Assembly: GCF_024521635.1 (NCBI RefSeq)
Contig: NW_026250407.1
Coordinates: 372,001 to 436,000 of the forward strand
Reading direction: 5' to 3'
Length of the DNA stretch: 64,000 nt
DNA from: Tricharina praecox
Taxonomy: Eukaryota
The notes under the pieces are model-generated. The model was not told the origin of the DNA. It worked only from the letters and a program-made list of their open reading frames with translations, and made no database searches. Shown here one piece after another: positions 36,978-49,864 of the stretch (positions are counted from its first letter, which is position 1; every line of letters begins with the position of its first letter). Both the position numbers and the translations under genes were made by a program.

Positions 36978-39957
36978 CCTTCAAAAGGGCGGCGGTGGTC
37001 GGCTTTATGCAGGCGAGAAGCTCGGCGGCGATTGTATTCCGATTGTATGTATTGAGACGACTATCAATCTACTAGTATCAGACTACTGCTTCTTCTGCTT
37101 CCTGTTCCTGGTGCCTGACTCTGGGCAGCCTGTACGTTCGTTCGTGGCGAGACCAAGAGCTGCGGGGTGCTCTGAGTGTAACAATTCCGGGGCTGGCGCG
37201 GGGCGGGGGGAAGCTTTTGGTTGGAAGGCAAGAAGTTCGCGATGTTCTAACTGTATGTACCGGAGCGGCCGAACCCACGGGCCCCCCTCTCTTTTTATAT
37301 GCCGGTGATTATGCGGGCGATTTAGCGCAGGATTGAGCCGACAAGCTTATTCCTTGCTCTCTCAGCTCTCGGTCTGCCATTTTTTCTCGCGAAAAGATGG
37401 GGTACGGTAATTAGACTGCGCCGGATGATCGATGACGAACGGGCGTCTCATCGCGGTCTAGACGGTCGGGACGGTATTCTATGCGGTTATCAGCCGAGTG
37501 CCTGCGGACATCTGCAGTTACACAACTGTATGTATAGTAGAGTACCTATAGCACCTATGATATGTTCCGGCCGCGCGGATGTGGGCCATAGTTAGATACT
37601 ATAATTCATGATTCCTTTCGATGAGGATATTCTAGAACCGACAAACGCATCGCATCGCATTCGCGTTCGCGTGGAACCGAGTCCTCACCATGCACATAAG
37701 CATCGACGTCGGAACTCTATTCCTGTGGCGTTTTCAGGGCTAACCGGGTGCAGCAGGAGCATCGAAAACGTGTGGATAGAGATATGGCCACCGCCCATCG
37801 CCGCTTCGAACTGGAGAAGAGTACCGATAGCAGGTGTTTAACGCAATCTGCGGAAGCTCAAAGGGTCAGCCGAGGATGTACCTATGTACGGCGGCATATT
37901 TGTCAGGCAGTTGGGGCGGGGAGATAGGTACAAACCTACGAGGTTGATCCTGAAGAGTGGAGACGACGACCACACGTGCAGTGGCTACTCCACTGAGCAC
38001 TCTAGTTAGTGAGTGCGGTTAGTTTTCAGGAACGGCAGGTCCACGACGTTGACGCCGAATCGGTGAGTGGTGTCGTAAGAGGCGTATTTGGCTCCCGCAG
38101 CGTCTCGACTCTCGCCCTTGTCTGTACGGCGTACATTGTCACACCGCGCCTACCAAGAGAAAATGGTGACAAGTACGACGGATCAATTATCCATCGGGAA
38201 GAAGAAGGCTCGAGCTGCAAGGTCTTCAGGCCTCCCTTCCCGAGCAGCGGTCTATCGCCATCGCCATCGCCACCGCCAGCTGTACCTATTCCAGACCCGT
38301 TCTTCGAGCCGGCTATCGACAATGAATACACATGTGCGAGCTAGGTCTGTAACTACCGCGGGAACTCGATGGCGCACCGGCGCACCGCCGCACGCACGCA
38401 CGAGGACCCTGGGGCTTATACTCTATGTAGTAGCGCCATGATTCGGGAATCAAATCAGCACATGTGTTTTTCCCGGGCCCGGTTTGCGTAGCACAAAGGC
38501 TTGTCGGCTCTTTTCCGGTGACCGCGCTTCCGTCGGCTGATTCGTAAACCGTAAGCACTGAACCTGAGACTCGAAGCCTGAAGATAATAGTTTGTGTTCT
38601 ATTTGCGGAATTGATTATTGCTGTGGGTCTGTAGGCTGTGGGTCGTTTTGGCCGTGGCCGTGGCTGGAAGTGGGTTCGAGAATCGAGAGGCGTGTTTTCG
38701 ATTTACATAGAATACCGGCGAAGTACAGACTCCAAGTCTTCGATCCGATCAATTGCTGGGTAACTTGATAATGAATCTCGCGTATCCCCACTTCATCACT
38801 CCGCCGCTCGCCTAATTCACCAATAGTCCCCAGATTCCGCAGTCGGTAAGTACAGGTACATACCGGTACCTATTCATGACGCCTTTTGCGAGAAACTCTC
38901 TACCGTTTTCCACGCCTGCCGGTGGGGGCTTGGAAATATTGTCCAACCCTTCCAAAGAGAGTACCGCAGGCAGGTACCGGTACCTAGCCTACAACGTGGG
39001 TCCCGTGGCCGTAGGTACTAGTACATAGTCAAGGAAGACCAACCAACCGATCGAACGGAGCAGGACTCCGATGACGCCATATGAATCGCTCCAGGGTTCG
39101 GCAACGAGTGTAGCATATCGGACCCAGCCTTCCGGTTTCATTAGACATGATTTTAGGGGGTTCGAAATGGATCCCGATGGTTGTAACTTGTCAGGGTCGA
39201 TCCTTAGAGTGCCTTCCATCTTCTCGCGTGGGAACCTGACTGCCATCTCTTCCAATACTTGCATATCACAGAAGCCAAACCGATATGGGCTGGGCTGCTA
39301 TGTATGCGGGTGGGGGGTGGGGGGCTTCATGTTTCGCAGGCCACGAGACATGCTATGTACCTAGCGGGAGCCCGAGCGCAAGGGACTAGAGTAGGAACGG
39401 CGAGCAAAAGCCTAGATTCTGACCATCATTGAGGTGAGACGCATGTCGTCCGATGCTTGGAGGGATGTGTATATACCTAGTATCGGAGTGCAATTCAACG
39501 TGGTGTATCACTCTTCCCGAGACTTCTCCCGTCAGCGCTACTACGATTCATGGTGTCTCAATGACTGCTGAGACCGATCGCACATACCTAGAACGCATGT
39601 AGGTATCCCGATCGTCACTGTCTCTGATACTACATACCTTCCTTCTTGAACTCTTCCCCACCCTTAGATCCCATGGCATGTCCGGTCTCGAGCTACGAGA
39701 TCTGACATGTGGGTCCTCGGCGTCTCCAGCGTCTCTCTGGCTGCAATGAGCCGAGTGACGGCGAACCATCTCGGCGCCCCAGCCAGCCCGCAAACCGGGA
39801 TCTCCCCCCCCCCCCCCACTCGGCGAGTTCTGCACTCATCCGAACGGCAGAGCTCCCGCCGCAGGTTGTGATCGTGACATTGTATGTACCCGGCTGTACC
39901 TATCCCAATCCCCCGAACGAAGCAGCCGATGGACCACAGTACGCACATAAAAAGAAC

Positions 39958-41809
39958 GGGGTTTGTCTAGGATGATCCACTTTTTTGTTATCTAGGATTA
40001 TGTAGACCACATTAAGCGCCTACCCGCCGTACTGCGCCACTGCGCCAGCGCGTTAGAAAAGTCAGAAAAGAATACGAAAGAGAGGACATCGATTCGTTGT
40101 TGCATGCGGCCTTACTACCGTAGACTACTTAAAATAGTGCCTAAGTACCTATCATGTATGTTTCGACACGTAGAAGCCTTATGACCGATGTGATTACATC
40201 TTGAGCAGCTGAGTGGGGCACGATCTAGGAGATCCGGCAATTCTCCCGCATGCTGTTGTCCGTTCTTCCTTCCTGTTTCACCCTTGCTCATTCGGTTCTT
40301 GGGTGGTCGTCTTTTACGAACAAGGGTCAGTGGTGGTTCACACCGTGTCACCTTCACCCTCTCCTCCCCCTCCTCCTTCTCCTTCTCATTCTTCCCCTCC
40401 TCCTCCTCCCCCTCCTCCTTTCCCTTCTCCTCCTCCTCCTCCCCCTCCTCCTTTCCCTTCTCCTCCTCCTCCTCCTTGGATCCAGAACCGCTGTTTTCGC
40501 GGTTGATGTCCTTGTGTCGGAGCGTTTTCAAAGCCCGGTGTGCAGCCCAATAACTGATGTTCTGCGCATAGTGGTGTGCAATGGCTCTCACAACGTCGTT
40601 AGGTGCCGTCGTCTGGCTCACCGCCATAACCTTCGGGACCGCCTCCAGAAGCCACGCCTGACAATTCTGCGCCTCGCGCTTCTGCTTCTTTCCCACCGTT
40701 CCACTTCCGATACAAGCCGTATGATTCGGATCAACAATAGTAACCTCAGCACTCTCGGACACCTTTTTCCAGTGAGCCCGGACTTTAGAGGTGCAGGCCT
40801 TCTCCGCGCAGATCACCACGTTGATGCTGCTAGTCAACTTCTGGTACCGCGTGCGGAACCTGCCTTCCACCGCCCAGCAAAGGATTTGATGCTTGAAGTC
40901 TCGAAATGTGCGGAATTGCTAGCCCACGGTCACGGCGGCGGATGTGCTGGCCACCTCCTGCTCCTCCCCCTCATCCTCCCCCTCCTCTTCCTCCTCCTCG
41001 TCTTCCTCGTCCTCCTCCTCCTCCTCATCCTCCTCCTCCTCCTACTCGTCGTCCTCCTCGTCCTCCTTCTCCTTGTCCTCCTGACCCCTCTCCTTCTCGG
41101 ATTTAGAACCGCAATTTTCGCGGTTGATGTCCTTGTGTCGGAGACTTTCTAAAGCCCGGTGACCAGCACGGTAATTAATGTTTTGCCCATAATGGCGTGC
41201 AATTTCCCTCACAACATCATTAGGTTTCGTCGCCTGTCCCACCTTCATAACCTTCGGGACCGCCTCCAGCAGCCACGCCTGACAATTCCTTGCCTCGCGC
41301 TTCCGCTTCTTCGCCGTCGATCCCACACATGTGGTATGGTTTGGATTGACAATGGTAACCTCAACACTCTCAGACGCCTTCTTCCGGTGCGCCCGCACTT
41401 TGAACATGCAGGCCGCCTCCGCGCACACCACGACGTTGATATGGATGTTCGACTTCTGGTACCGCGTGCGGAACTTGCCTTCTACGGACCAGCGCAGGAT
41501 TTGGTGCTTGAAGTCTGCGAAGGTGGGGAATTGTTGGCCTACGATTATCGCGGCGGAGGGGTTGGTGGTTGCCATGCTGGCTGCAGCGGGGCGAGCGCGA
41601 GGAAATTGGTTGTGGTTGTTTCGGGAGAAGGTGTTAGGTGAGGGTGTGGGTGTTGGATGTGGGTGTTCGGCAAGAGTGTGGGAGTTGGAGTAAGTGTGGG
41701 AGTTGGAGTAGGTGTGGGATAATGGAGTTAGACGGAGGGCGCTTATTGTGGTCTATCCTAGACATTACGGGTTGAAAGTGGACATACATGTCATAGCCTA
41801 GATAAAACC
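39958..41809 (-). mobile_element. Internally deleted, degenerate Mutator-like (MULE) DNA transposon
   Basis: Degenerate TIRs: left GGGTTTGTCTAGG..TCCACTTT..TCTAGGA..TAGACCACATTAAGCGCC, right (revcomp) GGTTTTATCTAGG..TCCACTTT..TCTAGGATAGACCACAATAAGCGCC; internal MuDR-type domains and CCHC knuckle; no TSD seen. Confidence 0.7.
40115..41575 (-). pseudogene. MULE-transposase-derived reading frame: two MuDR/FAR1-like domains plus C-terminal CX2CX4HX4C, broken by two in-frame TAG stops
   Basis: VGQQFPTFADFK..C..C.FKVRA..H.C twice (621-nt period); stops at 41042-41044 and 40919-40921 in one 487-codon frame; CSRCNHIGHKASTC; no DDE domain recognised. Confidence 0.75.
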
Positions 41810-43503
41810 TGTAGATTTTACCCTTCCCTGTTCTATCCAGTAAATCTCGTGCAGCACATAATCCTGCCCGCGCTTAACCACAAGCGCGACACAGCTCACT
41901 CAGCATAGGCAGATTAGCATCATGCCCTCCATAGAGTCCTCCTCCCACCGCCCCACAAACGCCTGGACTGAGGGCAAAGAAAACTAAACTCACATCGAGC
42001 CATCTGCGGACTGAACGGGGTGTCTAGGTGCCGACAGTGGCGAGGAAACCCGGAGTGGACCAAACAAAACCAAAAACCTCTCCTACCAGTCTACGACAAT
42101 AAAAATGCAACGACAGCCACTCATCCCGCTTACGGCACCGCACTCCGCTTTGCCCACTACTTACCTATCGTAGCCGCCGGTGGGTGCTAGGAGTCGGGGG
42201 TTACGTAGTAAACATATGTTTCTTTTGTGCGTGAGGTCCTAGGGTACATGTCGATGCCAGGGGCATACTCGTGTTGTTCAGTGTTCTCTGGCATGGAGAT
42301 CGATCATCGATGGACTGGGCAGTGGTGTTTCCTCTCGTTTCATTGGTTCAGCCCTGGGAATCGGGACAGGTATGATGTATCTGTCGAAACTGGAAGCCTG
42401 GGTACTCCCAAGTCGGAGCTGGAGGAGCTGGAGGTGGTGACGATACTAAAGTCGCAAACGACCGCTCACAGCGGTAACTTCGGGTAATAGTAATAGCATC
42501 GGGAATCGTCGCTTGGGAGTCGGGGGCTGCGTGCGACGGGCTACCTACCGTAAGGACCCGGAGGCTGACAAGCGACTCGAACCCGCAAACCGATAGAGTA
42601 CCGAGTTCAACTCGAGGAATCCGCGACACTGGAATCTTAGAGATTTGCGCAGTAATGGATAAGTGTTCACTTTAATGCCGGATATGGAAGGGCGGAAGGA
42701 CAACCTCGCCGCGGTTGATCGGTAAGGACTCAAGAGCGATGAACGGTTCCGAGAGTATAGTATATGTGTGAAGCTCTTGAATACTCGAGGTGCTACTAGT
42801 ACAGCTAGTTAGTGGTAGATTTGAAAGCTCTCTATCGTCGTTCGGTCGGTGAGTGTGTTTTCAGCTGCTGTATGTCCATCTCTAGGTATGCACCTACTCC
42901 CGAGGGCCGAGTCGATATCGATATCCATGTGGTCCACTGCTAGGCCAAGTGATGTGTAGCCAGATGTGTAGTTAGCCCCATGGCCAGATTGAATGTGCCA
43001 CATTGTCGAGCATGCGGAAGTATCGCGGTACAGTCCCAGTTGTTTAGACGATATTCAGCAGATCATAGATGTGTTCGTCCCGGGCTCAGGAAGGTGTTTC
43101 CGCAAGTCGAGACAGGGTTTGGGTTAGGCCCAAGGTTGAGGACAATCTTATCCGGATCAGCTCCCTAGATAACCAAGCTCAGCTCAGCTATGACACGCTA
43201 AACCCGTGCCCCGCGTAACTCTCCAACAGGCAGCAGCAGCTGTGGCAGTGACACAGCACAGCACAGCACAGCTCATATGCCCCTGCATCCCATGTCGAGG
43301 ATCTTGTGACTTCGTTCAATGAGGGGCAGGCACAGCAGGCATATCGTACAGGCAAGTATTATCGTCACCCCGCTATAGTTGAACCGATAGATAGATAGAC
43401 AGACCCTCCTCCGCTTTTCCCCCTCTCCTCCTCCTCCTGCTCCCTTCCTCGCAAATTTGTTTCCCGCCTGTGACGATACTCTAGCTAGCTACCCCGCGAA
43501 ACC

Positions 43504-45326
43504 ATGCCACCCCGCGTACCGACCGCGGGCACAACGACCTCGGAGCCCAGTCCGAACCCGATCCCCGTGAGCGACCCGGGTCTGCCGCACCCCACATCGA
43601 CGGCCTCATTCTGGCACGCCCCGCCATCAAGCTTCCTGCACGCGCACCGGACGACGCCGTCGCTGCCTTCCTCGGTGACGACGTTAATAATCGGCTCTGG
43701 TCTCGCAGGCTCCATGCTATTCCACCACCTGCAGTCGTCGCTCGGGCCCTCCTCCTCCTCCAGCTCGACGCTCATGCTCGAAGCGCGGAACACGTGCTGG
43801 GGCGCGACGGGCCGCAACGGCGGCCACTGCAAGCCGATGCTGTACCAGTCGGGCGACTTCATCGAGCTGTGCAGCGCGTATGGCGAGGGCGAGGCGCTGG
43901 CCCGCATCAAGTTCGAACAGCTGAACTTCGAGCTCATGCGTGAATACATCGAGGGGGAGGGGGTGGATTGCGAGTGGGTCGCTACGCCCTCCGCCGATGT
44001 GTTCTACGAGGCGGAGCCGCTCGACCGTGCGAAGAGGAATATCGACCTGCTGCGAAAAGTGGCGCCGGATGTGGCACGCAGGCTGAGGGTCGTCGAGGGC
44101 AGGAGGGAGCTGAGAGAGAGTCTTAGGACCCCGACGGCGCTGGGCGCGGTCACGTTCACCGCTGGGAAGCTGAGCCCGTATAAACTCGTTTCGCATATTC
44201 TCGAGAAGGGGGTGAGGACGCAGTGGCTGAATCTGCAGACTACTACGCCGGCGACGAGGGTTTCACGGTCGGCTGGCAATGATGGGAATAGGTGGGCGGT
44301 CGAGACGCCAAGGGGAACGGTGCTGGCGGATAGAGTTGTTTTCGCGACGAATGCACACACCGCTCACTTGCTGCCCGCGTTCAAGGGGTGGATATATCCC
44401 GTGCGGGCTCAGATGGCTGCACTCATCCCGCCGAAGAGTCTCAAGGACCGGCCATTAACGCACACCTACGGCCTCGTCCGCCACGACCGGAAGACGGCAT
44501 GCTATCTTATCCAGCGGCCGGTGGATGAAGACGGTGGCGGAGGCGAGCTAATGCTCGGCGGCGGGCGGGAATTCGAAGAAAATCACGGCGTCGGCATGCA
44601 GGACGGCAGCATCAATCCGCAAGTTGCACACGGCCTCCGCACCTCGATACCAGGATACTTCGCGGACGAGACCGGGTACGAAACCGACGACTTTGCAGAT
44701 ACGCGCGAGTTAAGGAAGAGCTTTATCGAGAAGTTTCGGCGGCTGCGGCTGGGTGGTGCCGCCGGACACGACGTGTGGGATGCCGCCGAGTGGCTGGGAG
44801 TTCCCGAGGACGAGGAGGACTTGGACTTGGAGAGGTGGAAGCCCGCACCGGCAAGGAAAGAGTGCAGGGCAAAAACGGAATGGTCCGGGACTATGGGGTT
44901 CAGCCGCGACGGGCGGCCGTTCGTGGGAAAAGTCCCCGCCGTGGGCGAGGAGGATGCGGAGCGGTTGGAAATCGAACGGATGGATGATACACGCGGGCTG
45001 TGGATGCTGGCGGGCTTCGAGGGCCATGGTAGGTTCCCCACACACCCATCTCTGCCATTAATTACGAGCTACCCGGCGTCTGTGGCGGCTGACTGTGACT
45101 AGGAATGGCATTCACGTCGGGCTCGGCGAAGGCACTCGCAACCATGATCGCCGCCGCGGCCGACTCGAGGAAGAACGGAACCGCAGCAGCAGACTCAGAA
45201 TCACTGTACGAATGGTTCCCCCGGACCTTTGAGGTTACTCCCGCAAGACTCGGCCTGGCGGAGGTCGAGAATTGGGAAGAGGTACAGCAGTATGACGACT
45301 GGGAAATCATCGATGAGGAGGGCTAG
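43504..45326 (+). CDS. FAD-dependent oxidoreductase (DAO / glycine-oxidase-like family), 2 exons
   Basis: IIGSGLAG, LEARNTCWGATGRNGGH, VVFATNAHT, WSGTMGFSRDGRPFVG, AGFEGHGM across intron 45029-45102. Confidence 0.9.
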
Positions 45327-45500
45327 GAGCTCGTCTCATCCTGAACCGATCGGTCTGTTTTGCGGTTGTGTTGTCTGCGGGGACGAGGGTGGGTGTTATT
45401 GGCACTTGACTGGATACTCTGCTCTGCTCTTCTCTACACGGTACGAATACCTATTTCTCTCACAGTGAATACCTATCCTCTCTTCACCAGACGGATGGAC

Positions 45501-45549
45501 ATCCATCCATCCATCCATCCATCCATCCATCCATCCATCCATCCATCCA
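45501..45549 (+). repeat. (CCAT)n microsatellite
   Basis: About 12 units. Confidence 0.95.
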
Positions 45550-47318
45550 ATCCGTTTCTTTACATGTTTGCCGCGGTAGAGTAGAATATGGTAGAATAGA
45601 GAGAGCAATATACTTGCCGATTTAAAGCGCAACCGTCACTCAAAGTAGCGAGCAATATACTTGCGAAATTTAAACTGCAGCTGTCACTCGTCTGTATGAT
45701 CATAAATATGCTCCCCACGGCGGAAGTCTGTTTATTCCACAGCGAGTCGCGAGTCGATCGCGACCGTTCTTTGCCGTGAATATATCCTCATGATCAACGA
45801 CCGCTCCAGTCAACGCTCCAGTCCAGTCAATGGCCGCTACCCATTCCCATTCCTGCAGGCGTGAGAGGGCGAGAGAGGGCGGCGATAAGAAACCTTGGGG
45901 CTTCCTTCTGCGGAGAGAAAAAAAATGCGCCTTGCCACCGACCGACATCCAATCGATCGAAGTTTTCGCCCCTCTATCTACATACTCTACTCTACTCTAT
46001 TCTGCAAAATCGACGCCGGCACAAGCTGCCGAGCTCTCCTCGTATAATATTGTTTTGCACACCAGTCCTTTCACCTGCATATTTCCAAATTCCAATCCTC
46101 GGCCACCTAATACTCACCCTGCTTATCTGGATTCTGGGTCCACTAGTCAGTTACCCACGTTGCAACTACCAAAGTATGTACTCCACACACGAGACTCGCG
46201 TGCCTATAGAATCCCGCGCTTGACTTATACCTAGCCGCTCGTGCCCGCTCCAACTAACCCGCTCTAGCCCGCTGCGTACTGCGAGCCCGCCGCTGGTGCC
46301 ATAATGCCATCTCCATCGTCATCGGCATTATACCGTACATATACCGTACATATACCGTACATATACCGCAGACGTGATCCATCTCGCGACCAGTCGAGCA
46401 TCACGGAGTACATATATTTTTTCTGTCTCTCCGTCAGACGGGCGGCGATTGGAGGCGACTGAGCGAAATACTTTCCTTCGCTCATGGAGGAGCGCTCCTT
46501 CTGACACGTGCGTGCCGGAGCAGCAACGCGACGACGCCTGCAGAAACCGAAGGATCATCACTGCACAGCGCTGCACTGTGTAGACAGCGCAAAGCAAAGC
46601 CAGAGCAGTGAAACAGTAATTGTTCCTGGTCGTCGCGTCGTTCGTGCTGGCGCGCTGTGTGGGGTCCCCCCGGCAACCCTGGCAACTTATGCAAGGCTGC
46701 TGGCAACTGCAACGTGCTGTTCGCCAGTGGGTGGACAGCACACATCACCCACCCCCTCCTTCCACTCACAGAGCACACCACACACCCCCCCACCCACCCC
46801 CCCCACCCACCTCATGCCACACCACCACCACCACCACCGCCACCACCACTCCGCCAGCCAGCCATGGTGAAAACGAAAATCAACAGTTGGCGCTGTGGTG
46901 GTGGTTTCGATTCGAATTATTGCATTTACCAGTAGCAGTTGGTGGTGGTAGGGTGGTGGGGGCAGGGGGAGTGCTGGCAGCGTCTTAGTGGTCGAGTGAG
47001 ATCCATGACGCGAATCGAATGGAATCAATCGAGAGCTATGTGTGCAGCGTGCGGCGTGCAGCGTGCGGCGTGCGGCGGAGGAGGAGTAGGAGCAGGAATA
47101 GGAGCAGGAGCAGGAGCAGGAGCAGGAGGGGTATATGTATATATCCCCTCGAGGACGGAACGGAACGGGCTGCTCAACATACGGAAACAAAAACAAAGCC
47201 AGGACTTCAGAATATCAGGACATCCGGACATCCTCCACCGCCTGCCCACCGCCCGTTCACTCTACCCACGACTTCATCTCATTGCTTGAGCAACAGAAAC
47301 ACAGCACATACCATCACA

Positions 47319-49492
47319 ATGGAGCCCCCACAGACACAGACACAGACCCCTCCCCCGACCCTGACCTCGAGCGTGAGCGGCCTGCAGTCGTCACTAAGCA
47401 CACTGCACCCGCAACTGAGCGTTCTCACGACGTCGCTCTCGTCGAGCTCAACCGAAAGCCTCCACGCCACACAATCGCACCTATCAGATGCGTCGTCGAT
47501 CCTGCACCGGCTGCTATCCTTCCTCAACACATCCACACGGCGCGGCAGCGCCCCCTCCCCGGCACGAGAGAACGGCGAGCTGCAATCGCTGCTCGCACAC
47601 CTCTTCGGCGCCTTCGCTTTGGCGGAGGGCGAAGCGCTCGCGGCGACGCAGGCCTCGGAAGCAGCGCTGAGCTCTATCGAGTCCTTCAAGACGTCGCGGG
47701 TCTCGCCGCTGCTGCGGGAGTTTAGCGGGGCGAAGGAGCGCGCGCTGGTGCAGGTCGCCCGCGCTACGACGAAGGTCGCTGTTGCCAACGAGAGCAAGAT
47801 GCATATGGAGCTGAAGCTCCAGGGGAACCGTGAGAGTGTTGAGGCGACCAGTAAGCACCTTGATGAGGTCCAGGCCACCCTCAATACTATGGCGTATAAA
47901 ATGGAGGCTCTGGTAGAGAAGAAACAGGAGATGGAGGAGAGGAAGTTGGAGGCCAAGGAGCGGAGGGAGTTGCAGAGGGTATGGTTTCCCCATCTCTTCT
48001 CACCCACATACCCCGTATCCGGATAGTTAGCTGACGTTGTGTGCAGTCCCAAAAAGCCGTCGGCTTCCTCTCAATCTTCGTGCCCGTGCTGGCGCCTGTA
48101 GCTGCAGCGGCAGCCGTCTTCTCCTCGTAAGTGCCCCTCTTCCGCTTGCAAGTCGTCAATCACGGACTAACCCCACCCAGCAGAGCACTAGACGGTGAGC
48201 TCCGACGGGCCCACAACCAGCTCGAGATCCTGCGACGTCAGACCTCCGGTCTCAACCCCGCCCTGATCGAGAACGCACTCAAGGGGCTCAACCTGGAGCA
48301 CGCCACGATCCAGGCCGAGCTCGAGCAAGAATCTGCTGTGGTGACTACGCTCTCCGCGGAAAAATCCGCGCTGGAAAGGCAGCTTGAGGAGCTGGAGGAG
48401 GTCCATGAGACCCTTGACGCCGTGTGCGCTGAGCTGGCCCGCACCCAGTCCGTGGTCGCGGAGACTGCCGCGAAGGTCGGCGATGCGGCGGCCAAGGCCG
48501 CAACTGCGAAGGGCGTGTGCGCTCAGGGCGTCGTCAATAGCTGCCGTATGTCGTTGGAGGAGGGGCGAAGATGGGTGGTGGGCTTGCTAGAGGGGGTGGT
48601 GGAGACAGTCGGCGAGGGGCGCGAGGAGCTCGAGGCCTGCAAGGTGGATGTGCAGCAAGAGGTGCCGGTCGACGAGGCATTCGAGAGCGGCGGCGAGTCG
48701 CCGCTGGTGGGGAGGAAGGAAAGTGGCGAGTGGGAGGGCCCGGAGCTGCTAGCTGTTGTGGAGGCCCCCGAGGAGGAGGAGCGCGAGTGCGAGCACGAGG
48801 GCGAGGAGAGGGATACGTGCGAGTGCGAGGAGGAGAGCGACGAGGAGGTCCCAGAGACCGTCGATGTGGGCGTTGAGACTCCCGTGCACGAGGAGGAGGA
48901 CGAGGAAGAGGCAGAGCGGGAAATCATCGATGCGGTACACCCAGCCGACGGGCCAGCCGAGGAGTACGATCCAATCTTGGAGCATGAGCATGAGCAGGAG
49001 CAGGAGGAGGAGGAGGAGGAGTCAGCCGTGCTGACCAGCGCGTTCCCACTAGAACGCGAGCCCAGCGTTCCGGGCAGCTATCAAGAAGACTCTGAAGACG
49101 AAGACTCGGACGGCGAGTACTCCGACGACGAAGTCGAAGAGGAAGACGAAGGCGAAGGCGAAGAAGCCGCTCACCACCACCACCACCACCACCAGCAGAA
49201 AGCCTACCCGCCCTCGATCACCTCGTCGATCCTGTCCAGCTCATCTTCGGAATCACACGTACAAGACGCCTCCAAGCAAGAAATCCACGTGCTAGGATCC
49301 TCCACGAACTCCTCGCCCTCCCCGTCCGACGACGAGCACGACGAGGACTCGGATGATGATGATGAAGCACCAGGCTACGAACAAGACCTGGCACAGAAAT
49401 GCCGCGGCCTGGTTAATGTTCAGATCGCGCCGGTTCCTGAGCTGCCAGAGGTCCACGAGATCGAGGTGGGCATGCCGGGGAGCTTTCATTAG
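47319..49492 (+). CDS. Unknown coiled-coil protein with central hydrophobic segment and long acidic C-terminal region (3 exons)
   Basis: Introns 47979-48046 and 48127-48180 (GTATGG/CTGAC/CAG; GTAAGT/CTAAC/CAG) join the ORF-track pieces in frame; the middle exon encodes AVGFLSIFVPVLAPVAAAAAVFSS. Confidence 0.7.
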
Positions 49493-49864
49493 GAGTTGCT
49501 TACTTGGTACATACTTGGTACATGTGATGTTTGCGATGGTTGTGTGTTGTGTGTTTTGGGAGCGATGGAGTTTGGAGCCCTTGCTTTTCTACATTTCTTT
49601 TCTGCATTTCTTTCTGCATTACCTATTTTGGTTATGGTTCGGCGTATGATATCACAGTTCGTTTAGGGAATACATATTGTTGCACGTATCTATCTCCTCG
49701 CCGAGATCATCAGTGACCCACTTGTGAAGTATGTAGTCAAGTAACCGCACCAATTCTCAATTCGCCACCAGTCAAAAGCCACGAACATGCCAAAGAAAGA
49801 CCCCTAAAACCCAGACCCGACATATGTATCATAGGTACAAGAATAAACACCAGCTCATCAACAT

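Noticed and set aside
37000..39950. Short ORFs in the long intergenic stretches (also 8270-8830 and 41850-43450)
   Set aside because: No recognisable domains, coding bias or consistent splice model; cannot be supported without searches
40919..41044. TAG stops as programmed A-to-I editing sites
   Set aside because: Editing would give Trp, whereas the paralogous module and context imply Gln and Glu; ordinary nonsense mutations are simpler
40250..41152. 300-aa Leu-rich plus-strand ORF
   Set aside because: Antisense shadow of the GAG-rich Glu tracts of the MULE-derived frame
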